Shown one piece after another: positions 1 to 9,758 of a stretch of 64,000 nt of DNA. The stretch lies in contig JBNRMN010000068.1 of the NCBI GenBank assembly GCA_050309605.1, forward strand, positions 1 through 64,000, written 5' to 3'. Position 1 is the first letter of the stretch. Each line of letters opens with the position of its first letter. This stretch comes from Anaerohalosphaeraceae bacterium. Its GTDB lineage: Bacteria > Planctomycetota > Phycisphaerae > Sedimentisphaerales > Anaerohalosphaeraceae. The translations under genes and the position numbers were made by a program. The notes beneath the pieces were generated by a model that searched no databases, was not told the DNA's origin, and worked only from the letters and a program-made list of their open reading frames with translations.

Positions 1-129
1 CAGATTGTTCCGTGCGTTGTTTCATTACACGAAACAATACTCAAAATACAGGATGGCGCAAGTCTAAAATATGAATTTTTCAAAGAATTTTTAAAATTTT
101 TGCTTCAAACGGCTAAAATCTTACAAAGA

Positions 130-157
130 GGACAAAAGAGCGTCTTCTCTTTTGTCC
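130..157. terminator. Perfect 11-bp inverted repeat downstream of the FGE-domain gene; likely terminator hairpin
   Basis: GGACAAAAGAG-cgtctt-CTCTTTTGTCC, about 45 bp past the stop of the minus-strand gene at 204..1271. Confidence 0.55.
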
Positions 158-203
158 CCTGGTGCAAAGGAAAGGGTCAGTTAATTGGGATTCCGCCGGT
201 CGC

Positions 204-1271
204 TTAACGGCATACCCGAAATCCGATATGGCTTAACGTGCTGGCGGCACGGACGAAAAACGGCAGCGAAATGGAACAATGAAAATCGCAATGAAGCCAA
301 CTGCCGCCATGCAGAATGCGATAATGGTCCGACTCGGAGCTTGTCCACTCCCATACATTTCCCGCCATATCCGCCAGCCCGAATCCATACATTCCAAATT
401 CTCCTACCGCCGTGGTGCCGTGCGGATGTTTGGAGTCTCGATAGTTGGCGATTTTGCTGTTAATCCGCGGTCCGCATCCATACTTATAGGTGTCGTCGTA
501 ACGTGCCGCCGCTTTCCATTCGCGATCGGTGGGCAAACGATAGCCGTAGTAGTTACAGAAAGCGGTCGCACCGTACCAACTGACGTAAGTAACGGGATGT
601 TCCCGAAAATCATCAACGACACTGAATGAATAGCCGCTGAAATGGATTCTTGAGGCGCCGCCGTAATTGACTTCAAATCCGTTCCAGCCTGTGCCCGCTA
701 AATTATAATACACCTGGCCTATAAAACTTTTAGGAGTAACGGAACTGCCGGCTCCTTTGACATGATTGCAGTCCACAATAATGTCGCCGGTGGACAAAGC
801 CGCGTTGAGAAACGTACAAAATTGTGAATTGGTAACCAGAAATTGACTCATTTGTCCTGTAAACTCGGAGAGATTGAGGTGTACCCATTCCATCCCGCCC
901 GGCCCGCCGTCGTCCACCAGAATCCTGACTTGAAAATTTCCATCGACATGATCGACCAGGTCGAGTTTGCTTTTCCAGATAATATGCTTGTTGCCGGGGC
1001 CGATATGACTGCCGACGTCGCCTAAAAGTGCTTTGCGCGACGGGGTGATATTCCAGGTTTTCCCGTTGTCGCTGCTGATAATGATATTCACCGTACAGAC
1101 ATCATCTCGTCCGTCGATAAGCGTATAATGAATATCAACAAGCCCGCTTTCATCAGGCCGTGGACAGAACGCAACTTCGCTCACGTGCGGAGGAGTATGT
1201 GCATTCAGCCGCGGATGGAAAAAAGAAAAGCTCCTCAACAAAGCCGCAATATGGTATGAAAACTTAATCAT
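204..1271 (-). CDS. Formylglycine-generating enzyme (FGE-sulfatase/SUMF1) domain protein with an N-terminal beta-rich domain
   Basis: Motifs PVTYVSWYGATAFC, YRLPTDREW, GLADMAGNVWEW, GGSW and C-terminal IGFRVCR. Confidence 0.85.
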   Translation of the reverse strand: MIKFSYHIAALLRSFSFFHPRLNAHTPPHVSEVAFCPRPDESGLVDIHYTLIDGRDDVCTVNIIISSDNGKTWNITPSRKALLGDVGSHIGPGNKHIIWKSKLDLVDHVDGNFQVRILVDDGGPGGMEWVHLNLSEFTGQMSQFLVTNSQFCTFLNAALSTGDIIVDCNHVKGAGSSVTPKSFIGQVYYNLAGTGWNGFEVNYGGASRIHFSGYSFSVVDDFREHPVTYVSWYGATAFCNYYGYRLPTDREWKAAARYDDTYKYGCGPRINSKIANYRDSKHPHGTTAVGEFGMYGFGLADMAGNVWEWTSSESDHYRILHGGSWLHCDFHCSISLPFFVRAASTLSHIGFRVCR

Positions 1272-1299
1272 CGTATCTAAGTGTCCAAATAAAAACGAG

Positions 1300-1743
1300 T
1301 TATGTATTATGTGGCTGCGTCGGTCTCAGTATGCGCCCCGGTCTTCCTGTGCCAGCCATGAAAGCGCTGTATTGACGATCTTCCTGTTGGATATGTTGAA
1401 TTAACTCGCAGTTGAAAAAATCGATCATTTTCTTGATCGAATCTTTTTCGTCGATATTCAGTGTGTCTATTGCCTGAAATGCCTTACTTAAGAGAAGTTG
1501 ATGCTTGGCCTGATGGTCTGCAAGGTGCGGAAAACCGATTTCCGCCATCAGCGATTCTTCGGTACAAATGTGCTTGTGAATGTACGTCATGATTCCCCGA
1601 AGAAGCGATTCAACAAGCAGATGCGATTTGGACATCTCTATCGTATCAAAAAACAGATTGACAAGAGAGAAGATTTTTCTATGTTGGCGGTCAATCGTAT
1701 CGATGCCAAGCAGATACTCATTTTTCCATTCAACATTATGCAT
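1300..1743 (-). CDS. Bacteriohemerythrin (single domain)
   Basis: W..EY.LGID.ID.QH, H...EE.LM, H...H and HI..ED iron-ligand pattern; ATG at 1743 preferred over the TTG at 1770. Confidence 0.9.
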   Translation of the reverse strand: MHNVEWKNEYLLGIDTIDRQHRKIFSLVNLFFDTIEMSKSHLLVESLLRGIMTYIHKHICTEESLMAEIGFPHLADHQAKHQLLLSKAFQAIDTLNIDEKDSIKKMIDFFNCELIQHIQQEDRQYSAFMAGTGRPGRILRPTQPHNT

Positions 1744-2111
1744 AAATAACCCTTCACGTATGCCGGACAATGGAACTGATATCGGATTGGGATTGAGGCG
1801 GTGCGGTCATAGGCATCATCCTGTCGTCCTTTCTGAATAATTTCGTTTTTTTTTACAGGAGCTTGCCTTACTGTATCGCTATCGGAGTATGATAAGAGGC
1901 GGGCAAGGAAGGATTTCCTTCTTTTTAGTGCAAAAAATCCTTCGCTTTAAGTGGGTAGTGTTTTATTTAACTCATTATATAAGAAGAAGTTAAAGTCAGT
2001 CCATCCGGTTGCCGAACATTTTGTCGATTGGTTCGCATTAACTTACAGCGGCACGGATGAAGTCTTTTGCTTTATACCAGTGCCAAGTCGGATTAGTGAA
2101 AGGCATGACGT

Positions 2112-2780
2112 ATGAAAAACATCAAGGTACTCCTCGTCGATGATCATGATCTTGTTCGATATGCACTGAGGCATTGGTTCAACACAAATTCGGATGAGTT
2201 TCATTTGACCGTCATCGGTGAAGCGGACAATGGTCGAACGGCGGTGGAACTGGCCTCTCGGCTTAGTCCGGATTTGATTTTTATGGATGTGAAGATGCCG
2301 CTGATGAATGGTATTGAAGCGACCCATCAGATTCGTTCGCGCTGCCCCCATTGCCGCATTATCATTTTGACAGCGTATAATCGTCGCAACTATTTGCGTG
2401 AGTTGATCAAGTTCGGCGTTTCAGGATACGTACTCAAGTCCCACGCCCTTGAGCATTTGCCGTTGGCCATACAGGCCGCGTTGGCCGGCGAGATTTATCT
2501 GTGTACACGAGCGGCCCAACTTATGGCGGAGGACTACGCCGAGATGATTGATCATGTCGGTTCCCAAACGGTTTCACATAAACTGACCGGACATCAGACA
2601 GAAGTACTCCAGTTAATGGTGGAAGGCAAAACGACCAAAGAGATTGCCGCGATGCTGCATGTTTCCCCCAAGGCGATTGAATCGGTGCGGCATCGGATTA
2701 TGCAAAAGCTGGAGATGGACAACCTGGCGGATTTGACCAAGTATGCGATACAGGAGGGTATCACAATGCTGGATTTTTAA
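2112..2780 (+). CDS. NarL/LuxR-family response regulator (REC plus LuxR HTH)
   Basis: LLVDDH, MDVKMPLMNG, GYVLK; C-terminal GKTTKEIAAMLHVSPKAIE..R.RIM.KL. Confidence 0.93.
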   Translation: MKNIKVLLVDDHDLVRYALRHWFNTNSDEFHLTVIGEADNGRTAVELASRLSPDLIFMDVKMPLMNGIEATHQIRSRCPHCRIIILTAYNRRNYLRELIKFGVSGYVLKSHALEHLPLAIQAALAGEIYLCTRAAQLMAEDYAEMIDHVGSQTVSHKLTGHQTEVLQLMVEGKTTKEIAAMLHVSPKAIESVRHRIMQKLEMDNLADLTKYAIQEGITMLDF

Positions 2781-2925
2781 TCGATGGGATATCGAGCGAT
2801 GCGGCCAAGGGGATCATGGATGCTGTATTGCAGGGTTTTCAGACACACTGTGTCCGGTTCAAAAAAAATGGAGTTCTCCGGATTTCGGCTGGGTTAAGTG
2901 CCGGCGGAGCAAGAGATAGAAAAGG

Positions 2926-3120
2926 TTAATGATTGTTGGCGACTTTTTGGCCCTCTTTTTCTTTTTGGATCGCCAGATAGATTTCCTTCCGATGAACGGC
3001 GATGCTGCGCGGGGCGTTGATGCCCAGTCGCACCTTGTCGCCGCGTACATCAACAATGACGATCTCGACATCGTCGCCGATCATAATCGACTCATCCTTT
3101 TGTCTGCTTAAAACCAACAT
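2926..3120 (-). CDS. csrA: Carbon storage regulator CsrA
   Basis: [18 protein letters not shown]...[25 protein letters not shown] Shine-Dalgarno upstream. Confidence 0.97.
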   Translation of the reverse strand: MLVLSRQKDESIMIGDDVEIVIVDVRGDKVRLGINAPRSIAVHRKEIYLAIQKEKEGQKVANNH

Positions 3121-3163
3121 CCGTAACTCCTTTGCTTATGCCGGTCGGATTCGTGAAATTTGA

Positions 3164-3178
3164 ACAAAAACCGTGCCA
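3164..3178 (-). promoter_or_regulatory. Possible sigma54 (-24/-12) promoter of csrA
   Basis: Minus strand reads TGGCACG-GTTT-TTGT against consensus TGGCACG-N4-TTGC, with one mismatch at the -12 C. Confidence 0.4.
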
Positions 3179-3441
3179 TACAGCCTTTTTCAACATTTTA
3201 TACGTCGATTTGCCCTGCATTGAGCGAAATATTTTAATCCTACATCGTATTTGCCCTTTGCGGGACGCCCATTTTTTCGGCAATTGGCAGGCTCCGGCGT
3301 AATGAAAAAATGCAAAAGACGCAAAAAAACTTATCGGAAACAGCCGGTTTAGATGTAACTTCTTTATTTAAATGAACTTAATGATGTTTTGAAAAGGCGT
3401 CCAAACCGGCGGCAGCAGGAAACGGGCAGACTTATCGGACG

Positions 3442-4422
3442 TTAATGTGTCTTCCATGTGGGATGGTGGAATTTAACGGCCATCCAATACCCGGTAACCG
3501 CACCGAGTACGGCAAAGGCCACCATTTGCAGGGGCGTAATGGCGTTGACGGCGTGATTGAAATAGGCAATTGGCCAATTTCCGGCAAGATGAGCCAGCGT
3601 ATCACCGCGAAGCAGTTGAGTTGCTCCCACAAATGTCAGTACAACCGAGGCGGCTGCGACCGGCAAATAACCGATTTTAAGAGTATGTTTGACCAAATAC
3701 GCGGCAATGCAAAATGTCGTAAATACGCCGAAGGCAATCTGTCGATTTCCGGGTTGGCCGACGACCATACCGAGCCGGGCGTCGGGCTGGTGGATGTCCT
3801 GAACAAATACACCCAAGGCAAACCAGCCGATAAGAACCGTCACGCCCATGGCCAACAAGACATGGGTCATAATGGTTATGCCCTTGGGTTTATCGCTGTC
3901 GAATTGACCGAGAATGACAATTTTGGAGCCTGCCAGCCGTGAAGCGGCCAGAACACCCAGATAGCCCGCCGCACAAATCAGCAGCCAAAAAAATCCTTCC
4001 CATCGCAGCGCCGCGTAAAGCGCCTGACGCTGGGCCGGCGGATGATGATCCAGCAGGAGCCGATGCATATTGCCGCTGGTCATCGCCCAGATGGCCAGCC
4101 CCGTCGGTGCGGCATAGGGGGCCAGGATTTTACCCGCCGGCCATGAGACAAAAAACGCAAGAAAACCTGCCGCAAACGCCAATAACACACACAATACCGC
4201 GCCGGATACGCTGACAGAGCCGTTGACAAGCGTGATCGCCGCAATTGGCAGCTCCGGACGCACCAGCGGCCAGCCCAGCCCGCCGACCAGCAGTGCACCA
4301 ACCGCCAAAGCCGCGATGGCGCGAATGCGCATCAGCCAGTGGATATTAAACAGCCCAAGCCCGAAATAGATCAGCGCAACCGCTGCGATAATCCGCAAGG
4401 CCGCAGGAAACAATACATCCAT
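3442..4422 (-). CDS. Multi-pass membrane protein of unknown function
   Basis: About 9-10 hydrophobic segments; GAAAGGA SD before the ATG at 4422. Confidence 0.75.
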   Translation of the reverse strand: MDVLFPAALRIIAAVALIYFGLGLFNIHWLMRIRAIAALAVGALLVGGLGWPLVRPELPIAAITLVNGSVSVSGAVLCVLLAFAAGFLAFFVSWPAGKILAPYAAPTGLAIWAMTSGNMHRLLLDHHPPAQRQALYAALRWEGFFWLLICAAGYLGVLAASRLAGSKIVILGQFDSDKPKGITIMTHVLLAMGVTVLIGWFALGVFVQDIHQPDARLGMVVGQPGNRQIAFGVFTTFCIAAYLVKHTLKIGYLPVAAASVVLTFVGATQLLRGDTLAHLAGNWPIAYFNHAVNAITPLQMVAFAVLGAVTGYWMAVKFHHPTWKTH

Positions 4423-4511
4423 AACAGCAATTCCTTTCAATTGATCGGCGTCAGATTAACACGCATCGGTCAATCGGTCAAGGGCAAAGCGTCTCGATGA
4501 AAGAAAAATCG

Positions 4512-5489
4512 TTAGAGTAATTCCAGTTCTGATTCGGTGAACGTGGTATGCTTCAAGGCCGCCAGATTGTCCAGCAGTTGTTTGGGACGGCTGGCGCCGA
4601 TCAGGGCACTGGTGACCGCCGGTTGGCGCAATACCCACGCCAGAGCCATCTGAGCCAGTGTCTGGCCGCGTTCGGCGGCGATAGTGTTCAGGGCATTCAG
4701 CTTTTTGACAAGGTCCGGCGTGATGGTTTCTTTTTTAAGAAAACCGGTCGCTTTGGCCGCACGAGAGTCGGCGGGAATTGTCTGAAGATATGTGTCGGTC
4801 AACAGCCCCTGCGCCAGCGGACTAAAGCAGATACAGCCTATCTCCAGATCATTGAGCGTGTCCAGCAGCCCGTTGGTTTCGATGTCCCGTGCCAGCAGCG
4901 AATAACGCGGCTGATGAATCAGCAGGTCGATGCCGCGTTCTTTGAGCAGGGCGGCGGCCCGGCGGGTCAGGTCGGCTGGATAATTCGATATGCCGACATA
5001 CAGGGCCTTGCCCAGCCGCACGGCTTGGGCCAGGGCGTCCATCGTTTCTTCCAGCGGCGTTTCAGGATCCGGACGGTGCGAGTAGAAAATGTCAACATAC
5101 TCCAGTCCCATCCGTCGAAGGGATTGATCCAGGCTGCTGAGGAGATATTTGCGTGAGCCGCCGTCGCCATAGGGGCCGGGCCACATCAGATACCCGGCCT
5201 TGGTGCTGATAATCAGTTCATCGCGCCAGGCCGCCAGATCGGATTTAAGAATACGGCCGAACGTGTCCTCGGCACTGCCCGGCGGCGGACCGTAGTTGTT
5301 GGCCAGATCAAAGTGAGTGATGCCGTGGTCCAGCGCGGTATGAATCAGATCACGGGCGGTTTCGAATGCATCGACGCCGCCGAAGTTATGCCAAAGCCCC
5401 AGCGACAAGGCCGGCAGTTTCAGCCCGCTTCGACCGCAGCGGCGATACTCCATATTGGCATAGCGTTCGGTACTGGGTGTATAGGACAT
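4512..5489 (-). CDS. mgrA: Aldo/keto reductase, L-glyceraldehyde 3-phosphate reductase (YghZ/MgrA) family
   Basis: YRRCGRSGLKLPALSLGLWHNFG, HFDLANNYGPPPGSAE, STKAGY.MWPGPYG, FYSHRPD. Confidence 0.9.
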   Translation of the reverse strand: MSYTPSTERYANMEYRRCGRSGLKLPALSLGLWHNFGGVDAFETARDLIHTALDHGITHFDLANNYGPPPGSAEDTFGRILKSDLAAWRDELIISTKAGYLMWPGPYGDGGSRKYLLSSLDQSLRRMGLEYVDIFYSHRPDPETPLEETMDALAQAVRLGKALYVGISNYPADLTRRAAALLKERGIDLLIHQPRYSLLARDIETNGLLDTLNDLEIGCICFSPLAQGLLTDTYLQTIPADSRAAKATGFLKKETITPDLVKKLNALNTIAAERGQTLAQMALAWVLRQPAVTSALIGASRPKQLLDNLAALKHTTFTESELELL

Positions 5490-5510
5490 ACGTCTCTCCC
5501 TGCATGACAT

Positions 5511-5536
5511 AAAAAAGACGGAGCCAAGTCCGTCTT
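5511..5536 (-). terminator. Intrinsic terminator at the end of the chaperone operon
   Basis: AAGACGGA-gccaag-TCCGTCTT stem followed by a T-run on the minus strand, at the stop of the FmdB-family gene. Confidence 0.65.
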
Positions 5537-5852
5537 ACGATTGATTGTTTGCTGATTGGTTTGTCGTTGTCTTGGTCTCGGTTTTTGCGGCCGCGGGCGA
5601 CTCTTTTTTGTCTGCTGACTTTGTTTCCGCGGCGGGCTTGTCTTTTTGGGCGGCCTGGGTATAGCTTTCCGAACGATAGTCGGTTTGATAGAAGCCGCTG
5701 CCCTTGAAAATCAGCCCGGCGCCGGTTCCCAGCAGGCGTTTCAGCTTGAGTTTGTCGCAGCGGGGGCATTTTTTCAGCGGCGAGGCGGTAATGGACTGGA
5801 ATTGTTCAAACGCATGGCCGCAGGCGTCGCATCGATAATCATACGTCGGCAT
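5535..5852 (-). CDS. FmdB-family zinc-ribbon protein
   Basis: MPTYDYRCDACGHAFE...CPRC...GLIFKGSGFY.TDY. Confidence 0.92.
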   Translation of the reverse strand: MPTYDYRCDACGHAFEQFQSITASPLKKCPRCDKLKLKRLLGTGAGLIFKGSGFYQTDYRSESYTQAAQKDKPAAETKSADKKESPAAAKTETKTTTNQSANNQS

Positions 5853-6466
5853 TATGGGTTCTCCGGTTCAATGTCAGTGGGTTCATCAACGGGTTCCGAG
5901 ATGTCGGTATTAGCTTCGACCGACGGCTCAGGCCTTTCTTCTTCGGCAGGGGCCGGCTCAGGTGTCTTGTTGACGATGACTTTGGCCGGGCGCAGTACCT
6001 CTCCGCCCAGCAGATAGCACGACTGGTATTCTTCCAGCACGACGCCGTTTTCTTTGTTCGGTTCGCTGCGCTGCATCATCGCCTCATGTCGCGCCGGGTC
6101 GAAGGGCTGCCCCACGGAGGCTGCCTTTTCCACACCCAGCGATTTCAGCGCATCGAGCATATGGTCAAAGACCAGTTGGATACCTTTGATGATATTTTCA
6201 AGCGCTTCGGGGCCTTCCGCGGCCGCGGCGCCGGCAAGAGCATGTTCGAAATTATCCAGCGACGGCAGCAGCGAACGAAGGATCTTTTTCTTTTCGTACA
6301 TCACCGTGTCGGCGATTTGCCGGGGGACGCGCTTTTGGTAGTTGATATAGTCGGCGCTGAGCCGCTGGAGTTTTTCGAGCAGTTCCTGTTTTTCCGTGCT
6401 GAGCTGCTCAAGCTGCTGCTCAAGCTCGTTGATGTGTTTGTCGATTTTTTTATCTTTGGCGCTCAT
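5852..6466 (-). CDS. grpE: Nucleotide exchange factor GrpE
   Basis: RL.ADY.NY.KR, LLP.LDNFE.AL, FDP..HEAM, LRPAKVIV. Confidence 0.95.
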   Translation of the reverse strand: MSAKDKKIDKHINELEQQLEQLSTEKQELLEKLQRLSADYINYQKRVPRQIADTVMYEKKKILRSLLPSLDNFEHALAGAAAAEGPEALENIIKGIQLVFDHMLDALKSLGVEKAASVGQPFDPARHEAMMQRSEPNKENGVVLEEYQSCYLLGGEVLRPAKVIVNKTPEPAPAEEERPEPSVEANTDISEPVDEPTDIEPENP

Positions 6467-6483
6467 GGGATGACCCTGAATTT

Positions 6484-7632
6484 TTATTTGTTCCCGAAAT
6501 GCTGTTTAATCCGTTCGAAAAAACTCTTGCTTTCGGAATTGACCTCAAGTTCTTCCGTTTTGGCATATTCACGCAGCAGCGTTTCCTGCTGAGACGTCAG
6601 GCGTTTGGGGATTTCAACGGCCGTTTGAACCAGCAGATCGCCTTTGCGACCGCTGCGAATATCCGGCAGTCCCTGTTCCCGAATGCGCAGCACGGTGCCG
6701 TGCTGTGTGCCGGGGGGGATGCGAAGGGTTCGCGTTCCGTTCAATGTCGGCACATCGATGGCGGCGCCCAGTGCCAGTTGGGTAAAACTCAGCGGCACCG
6801 TCACCACCAGATTGGCGCCGTCGCGCATCAGGAACGGATGCGCTTTGATCCGCACATAGCAGTACAAATCCCCGCGCGGTCCGTTGTTGCGCCCCGGCTC
6901 GCCTTCGCCGGCAACACGGATGGCCTGGCCTTCATGTACACCGGCCGGTATCCTGACGCTGAGCATCCGTTTTTTGGGAATCAGTCCCTTGCCGCGGCAT
7001 TTTCGACAGGGGTCGGTGATAATCTGGCCGGCGCCGTGGCACTGGGGGCAGGTCGAGACCATCTGAAAAAAGCCGCCCAATCCGGCCCGCTGAACCTGGC
7101 CGCTGCCGCCGCATACGTTACAGCGCGACGGCGCCCGTCCCTGCGCGGCGCCCGAACCGGAGCAGTCCGGGCACGTATCCTGACGGGTAAACTCGATGGT
7201 TTTTTCAACGCCGCGAGCCACTTCCTCCAGTGTCAATTCCACTGTTGTTTCAAGGTCATAGCCCCGCGCTACGTGACGCGCCCCGCCGCCGCGCCGCGAA
7301 GAACGCCGCGAACCGAAAATGTCCCCGAACATATCCCCGAAGATATCTCCGAAAATATCGCTGATATCGTTGACATTCATATGTGAATAGTCGTGAACGC
7401 CCGCGCCGCGCAGCCCTTCATGACCGAATTGGTCGTAGCGTTTGCGCTTGTCCGGGTCGCTCAGGACTTCATACGCCTCGGCGCATTCCTTGAACTTGGC
7501 CTCGGCTTCTTTATTGCCGGGGTTCTTGTCGGGGTGGTACTTGATGGCCAATCGACGATAGGCCCGCTTGATATCGTCCGCAGAGGCCTTCCTATCCACT
7601 CCCAGCACGTCGTAGTAATCGCGTTTGGCCAT
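6484..7632 (-). CDS. dnaJ: Chaperone DnaJ
   Basis: J-domain HPD motif, G/F-rich region, four CxxCxGxG repeats. Confidence 0.97.
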   Translation of the reverse strand: MAKRDYYDVLGVDRKASADDIKRAYRRLAIKYHPDKNPGNKEAEAKFKECAEAYEVLSDPDKRKRYDQFGHEGLRGAGVHDYSHMNVNDISDIFGDIFGDMFGDIFGSRRSSRRGGGARHVARGYDLETTVELTLEEVARGVEKTIEFTRQDTCPDCSGSGAAQGRAPSRCNVCGGSGQVQRAGLGGFFQMVSTCPQCHGAGQIITDPCRKCRGKGLIPKKRMLSVRIPAGVHEGQAIRVAGEGEPGRNNGPRGDLYCYVRIKAHPFLMRDGANLVVTVPLSFTQLALGAAIDVPTLNGTRTLRIPPGTQHGTVLRIREQGLPDIRSGRKGDLLVQTAVEIPKRLTSQQETLLREYAKTEELEVNSESKSFFERIKQHFGNK

Positions 7633-7682
7633 AACTACCCGATTGTCAAAAAGTCAACATTCCAATGATTCGTCGAGTCAAA

Positions 7683-7711
7683 GAACAGGGGCGAACACTG
7701 ATTCGCCCCTG
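7683..7711 (-). terminator. Intrinsic terminator/attenuator between groEL and dnaJ
   Basis: CAGGGGCGAA-cactga-TTCGCCCCTG perfect 10-bp stem followed by TTCTTT on the minus strand. Confidence 0.7.
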
Positions 7712-7741
7712 ACTTATGTCTTCTGACCGGTTTGATCGGTC

Positions 7742-9358
7742 TTAGCAGACCGCGCCTGAAACGACATTTTCTTTTTTGTCGTCCTTGATGCCGGTAATCA
7801 CCACGTTGGTCGTCAGCATCAATCCCGCCACCGATGCGGCGTTTTGCAGCGCAACCCGCGCGACCTTGGCCGGATCGATGATACCGGCCTTGACCATATC
7901 TTCATATTCGCCGGTATTGGCGTTATACCCGATATTGCCGCTTTTTTCAAGCAGCTCGGCCACCACGACATCGCCGTGTCCGCCGCCGTTTTCGACGATC
8001 TGACGGGTCGGCGCCTTCAGGGCGCCGATGAGAATATCATAGCCGATTTTCTCGTCGCCCCTGGCTTTGGCTCTGGCCTCAGTCACTTTGGCAATCGCAC
8101 GCAGAAAAATTACGCCGCCGCCGGGAATGATGCCTTCCTGTGCTGCGGCCTTGGTGGCGTGCAGGGCATCTTCCAGCAGGTCTTTGCGCTCTTTCATCTC
8201 CGTCTCGGTGGCCGCGCCGGCCTTAATGACCGCCACGCCGCCGGTCAGCTTGGCCAGCCGTTCCTGGAGCTTCTCGCGGTCATAGTCGCTGGTGGTCTTT
8301 TCAATCTGGGTGCGCATCTGGTCGCAGCGGGCCTTGATGTCTTTTTTCTTGCCGGCGCCTTCGATGATCGTGGTGGTTTCTTTGCCGACGACAACTTTTT
8401 TGGCCTGGCCGAGCTGAGACAGTTCGATGCTTTCCAGCTTGATGCCCAAATCCTCGGTAATGACCGTGCCGCCGGTCAGAACGGCGATGTCCTGCAACAT
8501 GGCCTTGCGCCGGTCGCCGAAGCCCGGCGCCTTGACCGCACAGACTTTCAGGACGCCCTGAAGCCGGTTGATCACCAGTGCCGCCAGTGCTTCGCCTTCC
8601 ACTTCCTCGGAGATAATCACCAGCGGAGCACCCATATGAGCAACTTTTTCCAGCAGCGGAAGCAGCTCCCGCAGGTTGCTGATTTTCTTTTCATGAAGCA
8701 GGATATAGGCGTCTTCAAGAACCGCCTCGAGTGTATCCGGGTTGGTCATAAAGTAGGGCGATTGATACCCTTTATCAAACTGCATCCCCTCAACCACGGT
8801 CAGCTCGGTTTCCATGCCCTTGCCTTCTTCGACTTCAATGACGCCTTCTTTGCCGACTTTGTCCATCGCGTCGGCCAGAATCTGTCCGATCTCCGGATTG
8901 TTGTTGGCGCTGATGGCGGCGACTTTGGCGATGTCGTCGTGACCTTTGACGGGTTTGGCCGCATCATTGATAAAGTCGGTAACCACCTCGGCTGCCTTGG
9001 TGATGCCGCGCTGCAGAGCGACGGGATTGACGCCGGCGGCCACATATTTCAGTCCCTCGTTGTAAATTGCCTCAGCCAGCACCGTTGCCGTCGTCGTGCC
9101 GTCGCCGACCCGATCGCTGGTCTTGCTGGCCACCTGATTGACCATCTTGGCGCCGATATTCTTAAACGGTTCGGGCAGCTCAATTTCTTTGCTGACCGAC
9201 ACGCCGTCTTTGGTGATTTTCGGCGAGCCGAAGCTCTTGTGCAGCAGCACATTGCGCCCGGTCGGCCCCATCGTCACCTTGACGGCGTTGGCCAGTTGGC
9301 TCAGTCCGTCTTTCAGATGTGCCCGAGCGGTTTCCTGAAACATCATTTGTTTTGCCAT
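7742..9358 (-). CDS. groL: Chaperonin GroEL (second copy, no GGM tail)
   Basis: [49 protein letters not shown]. Confidence 0.97.
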   Translation of the reverse strand: MAKQMMFQETARAHLKDGLSQLANAVKVTMGPTGRNVLLHKSFGSPKITKDGVSVSKEIELPEPFKNIGAKMVNQVASKTSDRVGDGTTTATVLAEAIYNEGLKYVAAGVNPVALQRGITKAAEVVTDFINDAAKPVKGHDDIAKVAAISANNNPEIGQILADAMDKVGKEGVIEVEEGKGMETELTVVEGMQFDKGYQSPYFMTNPDTLEAVLEDAYILLHEKKISNLRELLPLLEKVAHMGAPLVIISEEVEGEALAALVINRLQGVLKVCAVKAPGFGDRRKAMLQDIAVLTGGTVITEDLGIKLESIELSQLGQAKKVVVGKETTTIIEGAGKKKDIKARCDQMRTQIEKTTSDYDREKLQERLAKLTGGVAVIKAGAATETEMKERKDLLEDALHATKAAAQEGIIPGGGVIFLRAIAKVTEARAKARGDEKIGYDILIGALKAPTRQIVENGGGHGDVVVAELLEKSGNIGYNANTGEYEDMVKAGIIDPAKVARVALQNAASVAGLMLTTNVVITGIKDDKKENVVSGAVC

Positions 9359-9407
9359 AAGTATTAGTCCTCCCGACTGTTCAGTCGTTGGTTGTTCTTA
9401 AAACCGG

Positions 9408-9698
9408 TTACTTTTCCACGATACCGAGCACTTCGCTTTCGCGGAGTATCTTGTAATCCTCGCCGTCGATTTCGATGTCGCTGCCGCTGTATTTGCCGTA
9501 CAGGACCACATCATTCTTTTTGACGTTCATTGCGGCCCGATTGCCGTTGTCCAGCAGCTTGCCGGAGCCAACAGCGATGACGGTTCCCATCAGCGGTTTT
9601 TCGCGCGCGGTATCCGGCAGGACGATTCCCCCGGCGGTTTTTTCTTCGGCTTCCTGCGGTTTGACAACAATGCGATCTTCAAGAGGTACCAGTTTCAT
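9408..9698 (-). CDS. groS: Co-chaperonin GroES
   Basis: PLEDRIVV, TAGGIVLPDTA.EKP, KYSG. Confidence 0.97.
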   Translation of the reverse strand: MKLVPLEDRIVVKPQEAEEKTAGGIVLPDTAREKPLMGTVIAVGSGKLLDNGNRAAMNVKKNDVVLYGKYSGSDIEIDGEDYKILRESEVLGIVEK

Positions 9699-9758
9699 CG
9701 TTTATTCTCCTGTCAATGAGTTTATCGTTTGTTTATGGTTGTGCCGCACACTGTGCGA

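Noticed and set aside
3200..3290. c-di-GMP-I riboswitch upstream of csrA (GGCAAA words on the minus strand)
   Set aside because: The P2 GAAA tetraloop stem and the properly ordered GACGCAAA/P3 elements could not be assembled
7844..9367. Long antisense ORFs opposite groEL (507 aa), rpoD (51357..53252, 631 aa), lpxD/lpxI (53395..54912) and aspS
   Set aside because: These are shadow ORFs caused by the codon bias of well-conserved genes on the other strand; they have no recognisable motifs
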